DNA from: Bacillota bacterium
Lineage (GTDB): Bacteria; Bacillota; Dethiobacteria; DTU022
Assembly: GCA_051748565.1 (NCBI GenBank)
Contig: JBNJHN010000003.1
Span: 9,596 to 73,595, forward strand
Direction: 5' to 3'
DNA length: 64,000 nucleotides
Below, in pieces: positions 17,569 to 27,134 of the stretch. Each line of letters opens with the position of its first letter. Position 1 is the stretch's first letter. The notes under the pieces were generated by a model, which saw only the letters and a list, made by a program, of their open reading frames with translations, was not told the DNA's origin and made no database searches. A program made the translations under genes and the position numbers.

Positions 17569-19479
17569 TTATTCTTTGAAAGCAATTTCAATTATATAAA
17601 CCCCTGAGGAAAATTTCTTTTCCACCACCGAGCCGGTTTTCTCCAATAAATGCAAAACATGTTTATTGTCGGGCAGTATTTCAGCTTTAAAGCCGACCAG
17701 ACCTTGTTTTTTTGCAATATAAGCCAGGTAAGAAAGTAGTTTAGTGCCTAAACCTTTTTGATGGTAATCGTCTCTGACGACCAAGGCAACCTGGGCAGTG
17801 AGAGTGCCTTCAATTACTGCAAATTGACCAACCCCGATCACTACTTCAGAGTCACCGTCCTCAATAGTCGCCAGGATAACCATTTCCTTTGTATAATCAA
17901 TTACGACAAAAATGTCCTGCAGCATTTCATGGGGCATATCTTTCCTTCGTGAAAGAAAGCGGTTATATTTTGTTTCATCTGAAAGTTTATAAAAGAAGTC
18001 TTTTAAAAGGGGCTCATCACTTATCTTAACCGGTCGCAGGCGAAATTCCAGCCCTGATTTTGTTGCCTTGTGCGTCTCAAGTTCAGCAGGGTATTCTCCT
18101 TTTTCTCCGGGCATAAAAGCCTGGTCCTGATAAATAAGAGATGCCTTCTTTGCTTCTTCAATCAGCCATGGTTGGAAATCAGGATGGGCGATAGAAATCA
18201 AGGCCATTGCTCTTTCCCTGATATTTTTACCATGCAGATATGCTATCCCGAATTCTGTAACCACGTAATGAATATCACCGCGGGTTAGTGTTACACCGGC
18301 GCCTTCTTTAAGAAAAGGGACGATTCTGGATATTTTTCCGCCATCAGTAGTTGAAGGCAAGGTAAGAATGGTTTTGCCACCCGGTGCCAGAACCGCACCA
18401 CGCATGAAATCTGCCTGGCCGCCGATTCCGCTGAAAAAAAATCTGCCGAGAGATTCTGCCGTAGCCTGCCCGGTTAAATCTATTTCCAGTGCGGTATTAA
18501 TTGCCACCATGTTTTTATTCATAGAAATTGTGATGGGACTGTTTGTATAGTCAATCTGCTTAAATTCTATACTCGGATTATCATCAAGGAATCGATATGT
18601 CGCCTTACTCCCCATGCAAAAGGAGGCTACAGTTTTTCCCCGGTCGACAGTTTTTTTAGAGTTATTGACCACGCCTTTTTTCATAAGCTCCACGATTCCA
18701 TCACTGAGCAATTCCGTATGGACACCTAAATTATTTTTTGATTCAAGACTGTTAAGAATTGCATTCGGCAGGCTTCCGTAACCGACCTGAATAGTATTGC
18801 CATCTTCAATTATCCGTGAAGCAAACTGGCCAATTTTTTTAACAGCATCAGAAGGCGTATCGGGAGTTTTATATTCCAGTACGGGCTCGTCATAATGCAC
18901 CACGAAATCAACATCTTTGATTTTTAGGAATGTATCCCCATGAGTTCTCGGCATTTTAGAATTGAGCTGGGCAATTACCAGAGAGGCATTTTCAACTGCA
19001 GTCTTGGTAATATCAACACTGATCCCGAGGCTCAGGTATCCGTGCTTATCGGGAAGTGAGGTTTGGATAATGGCGACGTCGACAGGCACCAGCTTGCGCC
19101 GGAATAATTCCGGAATTCCGGAAGCGAATATGGGAGTATAATCAGCAACTCCTTTGTTCACTATCTCCCTGGTATTTTCTACAATGAAGAAAGAATTATG
19201 CCTGAAGTTTTTCCTGAATTTATGATCGGCATATGGTGCAACACCTAGAGTCCAGACATGTAAAATTTCAGTGTCAAAGAAAGCTTTCGGGTTAGATTCT
19301 ACGAACTTTATCAGAGCCTGAACCAGGTACTGGGGTTCGCCACAACCGGTACCGATGTAGATCCTGTCACCGGCGTGAATATGACTGAAAATAACTTCTT
19401 CCGTGTCAAATTTTTCAGGGTATTTTTCTTTTGATTTTTCCAAATGAGCTTTCCGTTGTTGAATGTTTTCCCGATTCAT
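17569..19479 (-). CDS. Acetyl-CoA hydrolase/transferase-family (4-hydroxybutyrate / succinyl-CoA:acid CoA-transferase type) protein fused to a C-terminal GNAT acyltransferase domain
   Basis: 636 aa. The N-terminal ~450 aa form a family-I CoA-transferase (AcetylCoA_hydro/transf). The C-terminal ~170 aa show the GNAT motif A region (VVRDDYHQKGLGTKLLSYL). Convergent with bamI. Confidence 0.75.
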   Translation of the reverse strand: MNRENIQQRKAHLEKSKEKYPEKFDTEEVIFSHIHAGDRIYIGTGCGEPQYLVQALIKFVESNPKAFFDTEILHVWTLGVAPYADHKFRKNFRHNSFFIVENTREIVNKGVADYTPIFASGIPELFRRKLVPVDVAIIQTSLPDKHGYLSLGISVDITKTAVENASLVIAQLNSKMPRTHGDTFLKIKDVDFVVHYDEPVLEYKTPDTPSDAVKKIGQFASRIIEDGNTIQVGYGSLPNAILNSLESKNNLGVHTELLSDGIVELMKKGVVNNSKKTVDRGKTVASFCMGSKATYRFLDDNPSIEFKQIDYTNSPITISMNKNMVAINTALEIDLTGQATAESLGRFFFSGIGGQADFMRGAVLAPGGKTILTLPSTTDGGKISRIVPFLKEGAGVTLTRGDIHYVVTEFGIAYLHGKNIRERAMALISIAHPDFQPWLIEEAKKASLIYQDQAFMPGEKGEYPAELETHKATKSGLEFRLRPVKISDEPLLKDFFYKLSDETKYNRFLSRRKDMPHEMLQDIFVVIDYTKEMVILATIEDGDSEVVIGVGQFAVIEGTLTAQVALVVRDDYHQKGLGTKLLSYLAYIAKKQGLVGFKAEILPDNKHVLHLLEKTGSVVEKKFSSGVYIIEIAFKE

Positions 19480-19669
19480 TATTTCTCATTCCCTTCATTG
19501 ATTGCATGAATAATTGTTAACCAGGCAACCACTTTTATTCTATCACAAGCTAACCTTAATCATAAAACACAATTACCGATTCCGATGGCAAGCCAATAGA
19601 GGGGTTTTCAAAAATGCTGATGATCAAGTATACTGTTCCCATAGTAGATTTAGGCAAGGAGGAAAGTTT

Positions 19670-20074
19670 ATGGATAATCGGGAGGCAGATTTCTCAGAGC
19701 AGCTTAAAAAGCGATACCGGCAGGATCTTTTTCCTCAGTTATTGGGGATCAAGCTCGAATCAGTGCGAGCCGGTTATGCAAGGGTAAGTATGGAGGTTAC
19801 TCCCGATATGCAAAATTTTAACAGCGTTACTCACGGAGGGGCTATGTTTACCCTGGCAGATACCGCTTTCGGTCTTGCTTCAAACACCCGCGGAACAGCA
19901 TTGGCCCTTCATATCAGTGTCAATTATGTGAAAGCGACCGTAAGCGGTGATTTCTTAACTGCGGTGGCAGAGGAGGAACATCTTACCCGTTCGACAGGAA
20001 TTTACTGTATGACCGTTTTCCGTGGCAAAGAAACAGTAGCTTTGCTGAGGGGAACCGTATTTCGTAAAAGCTGA
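19670..20074 (+). CDS. PaaI/hotdog-fold acyl-CoA thioesterase
   Basis: SVTHGGAMFTLADTAFGLA hotdog signature. The ATG at 19670 follows AGGAGGAAAG. The longer 19514 ORF has no RBS. Confidence 0.75.
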   Translation: MDNREADFSEQLKKRYRQDLFPQLLGIKLESVRAGYARVSMEVTPDMQNFNSVTHGGAMFTLADTAFGLASNTRGTALALHISVNYVKATVSGDFLTAVAEEEHLTRSTGIYCMTVFRGKETVALLRGTVFRKS

Positions 20075-20110
20075 TCAAATACATTTCATCATTGTTGAAA
20101 GGGGTGTGTT

Positions 20111-20656
20111 TTGCCAGTGATCATGGAATTGAATGGGAAAAAACCGCAGGTAGCGGCGGGTGCCTTTATCGCGCCGACTGCAGCGTTGATTGGTGATGTG
20201 GTGGTAGAGGAGGGAGCCAGTATCTGGTTTGGGGCAGTTCTGAGGGGGGATTTTGGGCGGATATTTGTAGGGAAAAATACCAGTATTCAGGACAATGTAG
20301 TTGTGCACACAATGGTTGATGGAGAGACGATAATCGGCGATGACGTCACTGTGGCTCACGGTTCAGTATTGCATAACTGCACGGTTCGCCATGGTGCAAT
20401 CATCGGGTTGAACGCAGTGCTGCTGGATTTTTGTGAAATCGGTGAGAAAGCAATGGTTGCAGCAGGCAGTGTGGTAACTGCCAATATGAAGATACCTGCA
20501 AAACATCTGGCCGCAGGTGCCCCGGCGATAATAAAAAAAAAGATTGCCGGCGCATCCTTAATTTGGGTAGACTCCAGCGCTGCTCATTACAGGGAGATGG
20601 CTAATAGTTACCTGGAGCAGGGGATTGGGCGGGCTGACAGTTTGCTTTCTGATTGA
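20111..20656 (+). CDS. Gamma-class carbonic anhydrase / PaaY-like hexapeptide-repeat protein
   Basis: Left-handed beta-helix hexapeptide repeats with the His ligands of gamma-CA-like proteins. 181 aa. Confidence 0.7.
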   Translation: MPVIMELNGKKPQVAAGAFIAPTAALIGDVVVEEGASIWFGAVLRGDFGRIFVGKNTSIQDNVVVHTMVDGETIIGDDVTVAHGSVLHNCTVRHGAIIGLNAVLLDFCEIGEKAMVAAGSVVTANMKIPAKHLAAGAPAIIKKKIAGASLIWVDSSAAHYREMANSYLEQGIGRADSLLSD

Positions 20657-20895
20657 TAATAAGCTTTTTTCGGATATTTATTATAATTTTATTATTTAAA
20701 GAGAATATAACTTTTTCAAAATGGTTCAACCTTATTACATATGATATTATAAAACGTAGGTTAAATAGATATCTAAAATGGATAACCGACCAGAATCAAT
20801 TGCATTTGGAGAGGTTTTTCAGCTGCTTTGACGAATTAACGATCGCAAAACGGCAAGTAAACCTTTTCAATATATATGAAAGGAAGTGTTTAAAT

Positions 20896-21318
20896 ATGGA
20901 CAAACTGATGCTTGCAACAGATGGTTCAAAGCACTCAATGAAAACGATTGATCAGTCAATTAAACTGGCTTCTAAACTGGGAGCCGAGGTAACAATCCTG
21001 TATATTATTGAAGGTAATCCCCAGATCGGTTATGATCTGTTCGCCGCCTATAAAAAAACCGAAGCCGAGTTAGAGAATACTGCGAAAAAAGTTTTGGAGA
21101 AATCGGCACAGCCCTTTATAGACAAAGGGATCTCGGTTAAAACAAGACTTGAAAAGGGACACCCGGCAGATATTATATGTGAAATCGCTGAGAAAGAAAA
21201 ATTTAATTACGTTATTCTTGGAAGCAGGGGCCTGGGCGGAATTAAAGAAATGCTGCTTGGGAGTGTCAGTAATGCCGTCGCCAATTGCATCAAAACAAAC
21301 ATAATAATTATTAAATAA
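20896..21318 (+). CDS. Universal stress protein (UspA family)
   Basis: MDKLMLATDGSKHS ... VILGSRGLGGIKEMLLGSVSN is the canonical Usp ATP-binding C-terminus. The ATG at 20896 is in frame with the track ORF and has an upstream AAGGAAG. Confidence 0.75.
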   Translation: MDKLMLATDGSKHSMKTIDQSIKLASKLGAEVTILYIIEGNPQIGYDLFAAYKKTEAELENTAKKVLEKSAQPFIDKGISVKTRLEKGHPADIICEIAEKEKFNYVILGSRGLGGIKEMLLGSVSNAVANCIKTNIIIIK

Positions 21319-21390
21319 TTCTTTAAAGCTTTATCCTGGCTCTCAAAATTTCGGCGCAAAAGTACCAGTTTAGCTCCGCTCACAAAAATT

Positions 21391-21439
21391 ATTACCAGGT
21401 CCAAATAATCTTCGATAGCTTCGATTCGGACCTGGTAAT
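21391..21439. terminator. Perfect 12-bp inverted repeat (ATTACCAGGTCC-N25-GGACCTGGTAAT) between convergent genes; bidirectional terminator candidate
   Basis: Seen directly. It is flanked by an A-run upstream and a T-run downstream. Confidence 0.45.
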
Positions 21440-21464
21440 TTTAATATAATTAAGAAGCTGCCTC

Positions 21465-22661
21465 TTAAACAGAAACTTTCACAATCAGGGCTGCTCCGGT
21501 ATCGCCGGCAGCACAACCGGAGAACATACCGTAACCCCCGCCTAAAAGAACAAGTTCTTCAATCATTTCAACAATACAGCGACCGACGGTCGGTCCTTGG
21601 GGATGGCCAAAGATTATCGGGCTTCCATAATTGTTGAAGCTCATCACGTCGATTCCCAATTCGTTGGCCATATAGATATCATTGGCGGCAAATGGATTAT
21701 GGGTTTTTATGGTTTTAATATCTTTTATATCTAAACCGGCTTTTTCCAAAGCCATCCTGGCTGCAGGAACAGGGGCCATGGACATGTGTGCTTTCGGGGC
21801 CCGGCTGTAACCGTAGGAAATTACCTGGATCTCAATATTTTTGTCTGCGCTGTATTCCGAGGCTTTCTCTTTGCTGGTAACTATGATGCCGCAGTTACCA
21901 TCTGCCGGGTGTGTTTGTGAGCCAAAAGTGTGCACTCCGTCGGGGATTACAGGTTTGAGCCTGGCCAACCCTTCTTTTGTGGTTGGAGTAATACCTTCAT
22001 CAGTTTCAAGAGTCCCCATTTCTTTTCTGCTTATCTTGAACTCAACTGGGAACATGTAGCTCTTTTGGAATTCGCGGTCGTTTTTAACCCCATCCATATA
22101 CTGCTCGTAACGTTTTAGGGCCACCTCGTCACACTGCTCACGGCTGATGTTGCCGGCCTTCTTTACCACATTCTCAGCCGTCTGAATCATTGCGACTCCT
22201 CCCCAGGGATCGCTGCCGAAATGATCCATAACCCAATCTTCAGAGATAACCTGTCCTCCGGGGCCGGCTGGATTGGGCCAAATCGTGTGTGGGCCGTTAG
22301 AGGTTCGGTCTGTCATCAGGCAAAAAGCATTTTCATAATTGCCGGCTTCAATACTTATGGCAGCCATATTAACGCAGGTGGTTGAAGTTGAGCATGCCTG
22401 AGATATATGAACTGCCGCTATCTTCTCAGCTCCCATCATGGCAGCTGCCCATGGTGATGCATAAAAGGTGCAGGGTTGCCCGATTGTCTTTCCAAACACC
22501 AGGTAATCAAAATCCCCTGGGTCGATTTTTTTCTCAGCAAGCCATCTTTTTGCCGTTGCTGCCCCCAATTCGATAGAATTTTCATTGGCCAGGCTGCCCT
22601 GCCATCTGGAAAAAGGTGAACTGAAATAACCACGGTACGGGATGAATGCTTTTGTGTACAT
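21465..22661 (-). CDS. Thiolase-family protein (acetyl-CoA acyltransferase-like, divergent)
   Basis: 398 aa. Thiolase N- and C-terminal domains with an active-site Cys region (SQACSTS) and a C-terminal GCAAGDTGAA-like motif. Confidence 0.7.
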   Translation of the reverse strand: MYTKAFIPYRGYFSSPFSRWQGSLANENSIELGAATAKRWLAEKKIDPGDFDYLVFGKTIGQPCTFYASPWAAAMMGAEKIAAVHISQACSTSTTCVNMAAISIEAGNYENAFCLMTDRTSNGPHTIWPNPAGPGGQVISEDWVMDHFGSDPWGGVAMIQTAENVVKKAGNISREQCDEVALKRYEQYMDGVKNDREFQKSYMFPVEFKISRKEMGTLETDEGITPTTKEGLARLKPVIPDGVHTFGSQTHPADGNCGIIVTSKEKASEYSADKNIEIQVISYGYSRAPKAHMSMAPVPAARMALEKAGLDIKDIKTIKTHNPFAANDIYMANELGIDVMSFNNYGSPIIFGHPQGPTVGRCIVEMIEELVLLGGGYGMFSGCAAGDTGAALIVKVSV

Positions 22662-23152
22662 CTTCTTGCCTCCTGTTATTATTTATAAGGGCTTGACAAT
22701 ATTTTTCGACATTACCCGAATTATTCCTGCCTGGCTTAAAAAGAACTGTTTTTGAATAGGCCGTTTTCATCAAGTAAGGGTATATATGCTTCATTTTAAT
22801 TTATTTTAAAAGAATTATATAAAGTTAATTTTAATTATGCATAATTACTTATTATATTTAAATTTATAGTAATATTGTGCAATAAATATGAACGTTCTAT
22901 CGAAATGATGAAAAAATACAAAAGTGGACTTGATTAGAAAAATAATTTGTGTTAAACTGAATTAATTTATTATTGCAATCTTTCCTGTTTTTCCAAAATA
23001 TATTTGATTTAAAAATGTTAGTTTGAAGGGTATTTACTCAATTACTTAGGAGAAAGAAGGTGTTATAAAAAAATATTGATGGAAGCAAGGATAGGAAATG
23101 CAAGCTGTCTCAGGTAGTACTAAACTTACATTTGTAGAAGGAGGGTCAAGTA

Positions 23153-24283
23153 ATGAAAACAAAGCTTTTATTGCTGTTGCTTATATTTGCGTTAGTTCTG
23201 GTGCCAGTAATTAGCGGTTGTGCACCGGCGGATGAGCCGGCACCGGATCCGGAACCGGATCCGAACGGAGAGCCGGATGAAGAGCCGGAAGAGGATGCCC
23301 AGAGTTTCACCCTGCAATTTGCCACTTTTTGGCCAGGTGTAGACTTTCAGGTAGAAGAAGGGCACAAGGGTTGGGCTAAAGAAATCTCAGACCGTGTAGC
23401 TGCTGAGACTCCGCACTCAGTTGAATTTGAATGGCATTACGCCGGTGCTCTCCTTGCGGCGACAGAAATTTATACCGGGGTGGCACAAGGGGCTGCAGAC
23501 CTGGGGTCAACCTGTCCAATTTATACTGCAGGTGTATTCCCGGTATCGCAGGCGTTCGAGCTGCCTGGCTTTAACAATGACAATGCCCTGGTTGCCTCGG
23601 TGACTATACATGAGGCCTGGAAACAGTCCGAATTATTGCAGGAAGAATTCAAAGATGTAAAGATCATGCACTTTTGGGCAACCGGTCCCGGTGATTTTAT
23701 GACCAACACCCGGATTGAAACTATGGAAGACCTCGCCGGGCTGGAACTAAGAGCTCTTGCCGGTTCAGGTTCTGCACTTGCTCTGATGGGTGGAGTACCT
23801 GTAGCTTTCCCCATGGGTCAATCTTATGAAAATATCGAAACCGGGGTTGTTGATGGTCTGATAGCCCCAACAGATACGTTACAAGGTTTCAGGCTTGCTG
23901 AGGTGACCCAGTATATTACGAAGACCCCATTCATCTACAATATCCTTTTTATGAAAGTGATGAATTGGGACACCTGGAATTCCTTACCACCTTCGGTACA
24001 GCAAATCTTTGACGAGGTAAATGAGAAGTACGTCATTGAGTATGGCAAATTAAGAACTGACTACACCCTGATCGGTGAGCAATTTGGGGTTGAGGAGTTC
24101 GGGATGGAAGTAATCGAGCTTGCCCCGGATGAGTATCAGCGCTGGGTTGAGACTTCCATGCCAGTTGTGGATCAGTGGATCGAAGCAACCGATGACTTGG
24201 GGTTGCCCGGCCAGGAAATTGTGGACATGGTCCGCGAATTTGACGCCCGATACTCGGCAGAGCACGGCAGCTACGGCAATTAA
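23153..24283 (+). CDS. TRAP transporter substrate-binding lipoprotein (DctP family)
   Basis: Lipobox LVPVISGC followed by a Pro/Glu/Asp-rich linker (PADEPAPDPEPDPNGEPDEEPEED), then the DctP fold. Confidence 0.8.
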   Translation: MKTKLLLLLLIFALVLVPVISGCAPADEPAPDPEPDPNGEPDEEPEEDAQSFTLQFATFWPGVDFQVEEGHKGWAKEISDRVAAETPHSVEFEWHYAGALLAATEIYTGVAQGAADLGSTCPIYTAGVFPVSQAFELPGFNNDNALVASVTIHEAWKQSELLQEEFKDVKIMHFWATGPGDFMTNTRIETMEDLAGLELRALAGSGSALALMGGVPVAFPMGQSYENIETGVVDGLIAPTDTLQGFRLAEVTQYITKTPFIYNILFMKVMNWDTWNSLPPSVQQIFDEVNEKYVIEYGKLRTDYTLIGEQFGVEEFGMEVIELAPDEYQRWVETSMPVVDQWIEATDDLGLPGQEIVDMVREFDARYSAEHGSYGN

Positions 24284-24396
24284 GTTCGCTGTTCAAAAAT
24301 CAAATCGTTTGATTTTGCTTAAGATATAAGTCAAATTGGTGGAGGGGGCTTCCACCATCCCGGAGTATTTTTCCGGCGAGGTGGGCGCCCTCTCTG

Positions 24397-24945
24397 ATGA
24401 AAACAGAAGACACGAATACGGCAATGACAGGGGGTCGGATTTACTTGGTAAAATTATTTGAACGATTTGTGCAGGGCCTGACCTGGCGTACAGCGCAGGT
24501 AGCCCAAATTGCCTTATTTATTTCAATGGCTATAATTATGACCAATATACTTATGCGGATTCCATGGCAGCCTTTACCCGGCACAGTGGAGATCGTGGAG
24601 ATGACTGGAGCCGTGCTTTTAGCATTAGGTGTGGCTTATACAGCAATTATGAAAGGCCATATCATGGTCGGGGTGCTGGTAGAGCGTTTTTCAGCACGCG
24701 TTCAGGCCGCCATAGAAATATTTGTAAGCATTTTATCACTTATTTTTACCTATCTTCTTGCCCGCGAGATCTTAATTTTTGCTATCAGCAGTATGCAGAG
24801 GGGCTACACGACCGGACATCTTTATGTGCCCATAGCACCTGCGATCTTTGTTGTTGCTTTTGGATTTATTATGCTGGCACTCGTGTTAATCCTGGATCTG
24901 CTAAAGGCAGTAATGCTCATTACGAAAAGGAGTGAAAGCGGATGA
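24397..24945 (+). CDS. TRAP transporter small permease (DctQ family)
   Basis: 182 aa with 4 predicted TM helices. Overlaps the dctM start by 4 nt. Confidence 0.7.
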   Translation: MKTEDTNTAMTGGRIYLVKLFERFVQGLTWRTAQVAQIALFISMAIIMTNILMRIPWQPLPGTVEIVEMTGAVLLALGVAYTAIMKGHIMVGVLVERFSARVQAAIEIFVSILSLIFTYLLAREILIFAISSMQRGYTTGHLYVPIAPAIFVVAFGFIMLALVLILDLLKAVMLITKRSESG

Positions 24946-26249
24946 CCCCAATTCAAATTGGCCTGCTATCTATTGTAATAATATTCATCCTTCTCTTTTT
25001 ACGAATGCCTGTGGCTTATGTAATGCTCGTTGTGGGGATGTCCGGTTTTGCAATTATTAGAACACCAGCGGCGATGTTCTCAATTTCTGCGCAGACTATA
25101 TATAATACTTTTGCCTCTTATTCCCTTATTGTTGTACCCTTGTTTGTCTGGATGGGTTTTATAGCTTTCTATTCCGGTATAAGTTCGCGGATTTATGATG
25201 CCGCCTATAAGGTTATGGGCAGTATGAAAGCGGGCCTTGCCCTGGCTACTATTGGTGCCTGTACTGCATTTGGCGCCATCTGCGGCTCAACCACAGCAAC
25301 CGCTGCAACAATGAGCGCTGTAGCCCTTCCGGAAATGAAAAAATATAATTACAACCGCTCACTATCAACAGCCACGGTTGCTTCGGCATCAATTCTGGGT
25401 GTTATGATCCCACCCAGCGTAATTTTTATTCTTTACGGAATTTCTGCCCAGCAATCGATCAGACAACTATTTTTGGCCGGAATTTTCCCCGGAATCTTAT
25501 TAATGCTTCTCTTCATGCTGGCTGCTTACCTCCAGGCTTTACATAATCCAAAACTGGCTCCTCCGGGACCGCAGGTGCCGTGGGCTGAGAAGATAAGGGC
25601 GATGATGAGTGGAGGAGTTGAGGTTCTTATTATCTTTATTGCAGTAATGGGGGGGCTTTTTGCCGGAATATTTACCCCTTCTGAGGCCGGGGCGGTAGGT
25701 GCCTTTGCCACACTTGTCGTTGCCCTGGTCAGGCGCCAGCTGAAATGGCAGGGTTTTCTTGATTCTCTGAGAGACTCGGTGCGTGTATCGGCGATGATCA
25801 TGTTTTTGGTTGCTGCAGCGGCAATCTATGGCCGTTTTTTGGCTGTGACAGGATTACCTGGAGGTCTTGCTCAATGGGCTGTAGCGCTACCTTTACCCCC
25901 TGTAGCCATTATGGCGATCATATTGTTCATTTATCTGATTCTCGGATTTTTTGTAGATGCCCTGGCGCTGATTTTACTGACGGTGCCAATTTTTTATCCG
26001 GTTGCAGTCGAGCTAGGTTTTGATCCGATCTGGTTTGGAGTTATAATTGTATTGGCTCTTGGGATGGGTTGTATAACACCACCGGTAGGGGCCAATGTTT
26101 ATGTTGTAGCCGGTGTGGATCGGGAAACCCCGGTGATGGAAATTTTCCGGGGCGTGGGATGGTATTTATTAGCTATTATTCTTTGCACCGTTATCCTGAT
26201 AATATTCCCGGAAATTGCAACTTTCTTACCCCGAATGGTATTTAATTGA
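24942..26249 (+). CDS. TRAP transporter large permease (DctM family)
   Basis: 435 aa polytopic membrane protein, typical DctM. Confidence 0.85.
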   Translation: MTPIQIGLLSIVIIFILLFLRMPVAYVMLVVGMSGFAIIRTPAAMFSISAQTIYNTFASYSLIVVPLFVWMGFIAFYSGISSRIYDAAYKVMGSMKAGLALATIGACTAFGAICGSTTATAATMSAVALPEMKKYNYNRSLSTATVASASILGVMIPPSVIFILYGISAQQSIRQLFLAGIFPGILLMLLFMLAAYLQALHNPKLAPPGPQVPWAEKIRAMMSGGVEVLIIFIAVMGGLFAGIFTPSEAGAVGAFATLVVALVRRQLKWQGFLDSLRDSVRVSAMIMFLVAAAAIYGRFLAVTGLPGGLAQWAVALPLPPVAIMAIILFIYLILGFFVDALALILLTVPIFYPVAVELGFDPIWFGVIIVLALGMGCITPPVGANVYVVAGVDRETPVMEIFRGVGWYLLAIILCTVILIIFPEIATFLPRMVFN

Positions 26250-26336
26250 GAATAGGAAATCTATAAAACAGAGTTGCTATAAGATTTATAATTAATAAAG
26301 CAAATTAAATTTAATTTATATGATTAAAAATATTCA

Positions 26337-26368
26337 CAAGCCGGTTTAAATCCCGGCTTGTTTTTTTC
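26337..26368 (+). terminator. Rho-independent terminator after the TRAP operon
   Basis: CAAGCCGG-tttaaatc-CCGGCTTG followed by TTTTTTT. Confidence 0.6.
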
Positions 26369-26382
26369 TATCCGCCAAAAAC

Positions 26383-27099
26383 CTAATGGCCAATTTTGTC
26401 GTTGTCGGCATTTTCAATTATAAATAAGCTATCTGCCCTGTTCCGGCTAAGTTTCATAGCCAGGGATATAGCCTGGGTTCTGTTTTTCACCTGTAGTTTC
26501 TGATAAATGTTGCGCAGGTGGGTCTTTACCGTGTCGACTGCCAGATTTGTGGCTGAGGAGATTTCTTTATTTGTTAAACCCTTAACCAGCTGCCTGAGGA
26601 TTTCCTGCTCTCTTGGTGTGAGTTCTACCCGCTTTTCTTCTTTTTCCAGAGGCTTTATTTCGGTAAGTTTTTTACTCAGGCGGGTATAATCGTTTACTAT
26701 CTGGCGAAAAACAGATTGATCGATAATGGTTTCTCCATTATGAACTCTTTTAATTGTATCGATCAGGTTTTGTCTGCTAACATGTTTGAGAATATAGCCG
26801 GATGCCCCGCTTTGAAGGGCCAGACGGATTGATTCCGTATCTTCAAAGATAGTTAAAAAAATTATTTTTATCTCCGGTTTTTGGGCCAGGATTTGCTTCG
26901 CTGTTTCTATACCGTTTACGCCTTCCATTTTAATATCCATGAGAATGACATCGGGTGCAACCTCATGCGCTTTAGCTATAGCTTCTTCACTGTTTCCGCA
27001 GCTGCCGGCGATGGAGATACCTTCACAGTTTTCAAGCATATTCGACAATCCTTCCCGGACCATGGGGTGATCATCAACAATGAGGATTTTAATAGTCAA
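26383..27099 (-). CDS. LuxR/NarL-family response regulator (REC + HTH)
   Basis: ILIVDDHPMVREGL ... the conserved D in DIKMEG ... and a C-terminal LTPREQEILRQLVKGLTNKEIS LuxR HTH. The TTG start at 27099 lies 8 nt after GGAAGGAG. The track ORF extends to 27195 with no RBS. Confidence 0.75.
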   Translation of the reverse strand: MTIKILIVDDHPMVREGLSNMLENCEGISIAGSCGNSEEAIAKAHEVAPDVILMDIKMEGVNGIETAKQILAQKPEIKIIFLTIFEDTESIRLALQSGASGYILKHVSRQNLIDTIKRVHNGETIIDQSVFRQIVNDYTRLSKKLTEIKPLEKEEKRVELTPREQEILRQLVKGLTNKEISSATNLAVDTVKTHLRNIYQKLQVKNRTQAISLAMKLSRNRADSLFIIENADNDKIGH

Positions 27100-27134
27100 T
27101 TCAAGAACTCCTTCCCGAGCTTCCCGAGTGAAAC

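Noticed and set aside
19514-19669. Upstream extension of the PaaI thioesterase ORF
   Set aside because: It has no RBS and a basic low-complexity sequence. The ATG at 19670 is preceded by AGGAGGAAAG.
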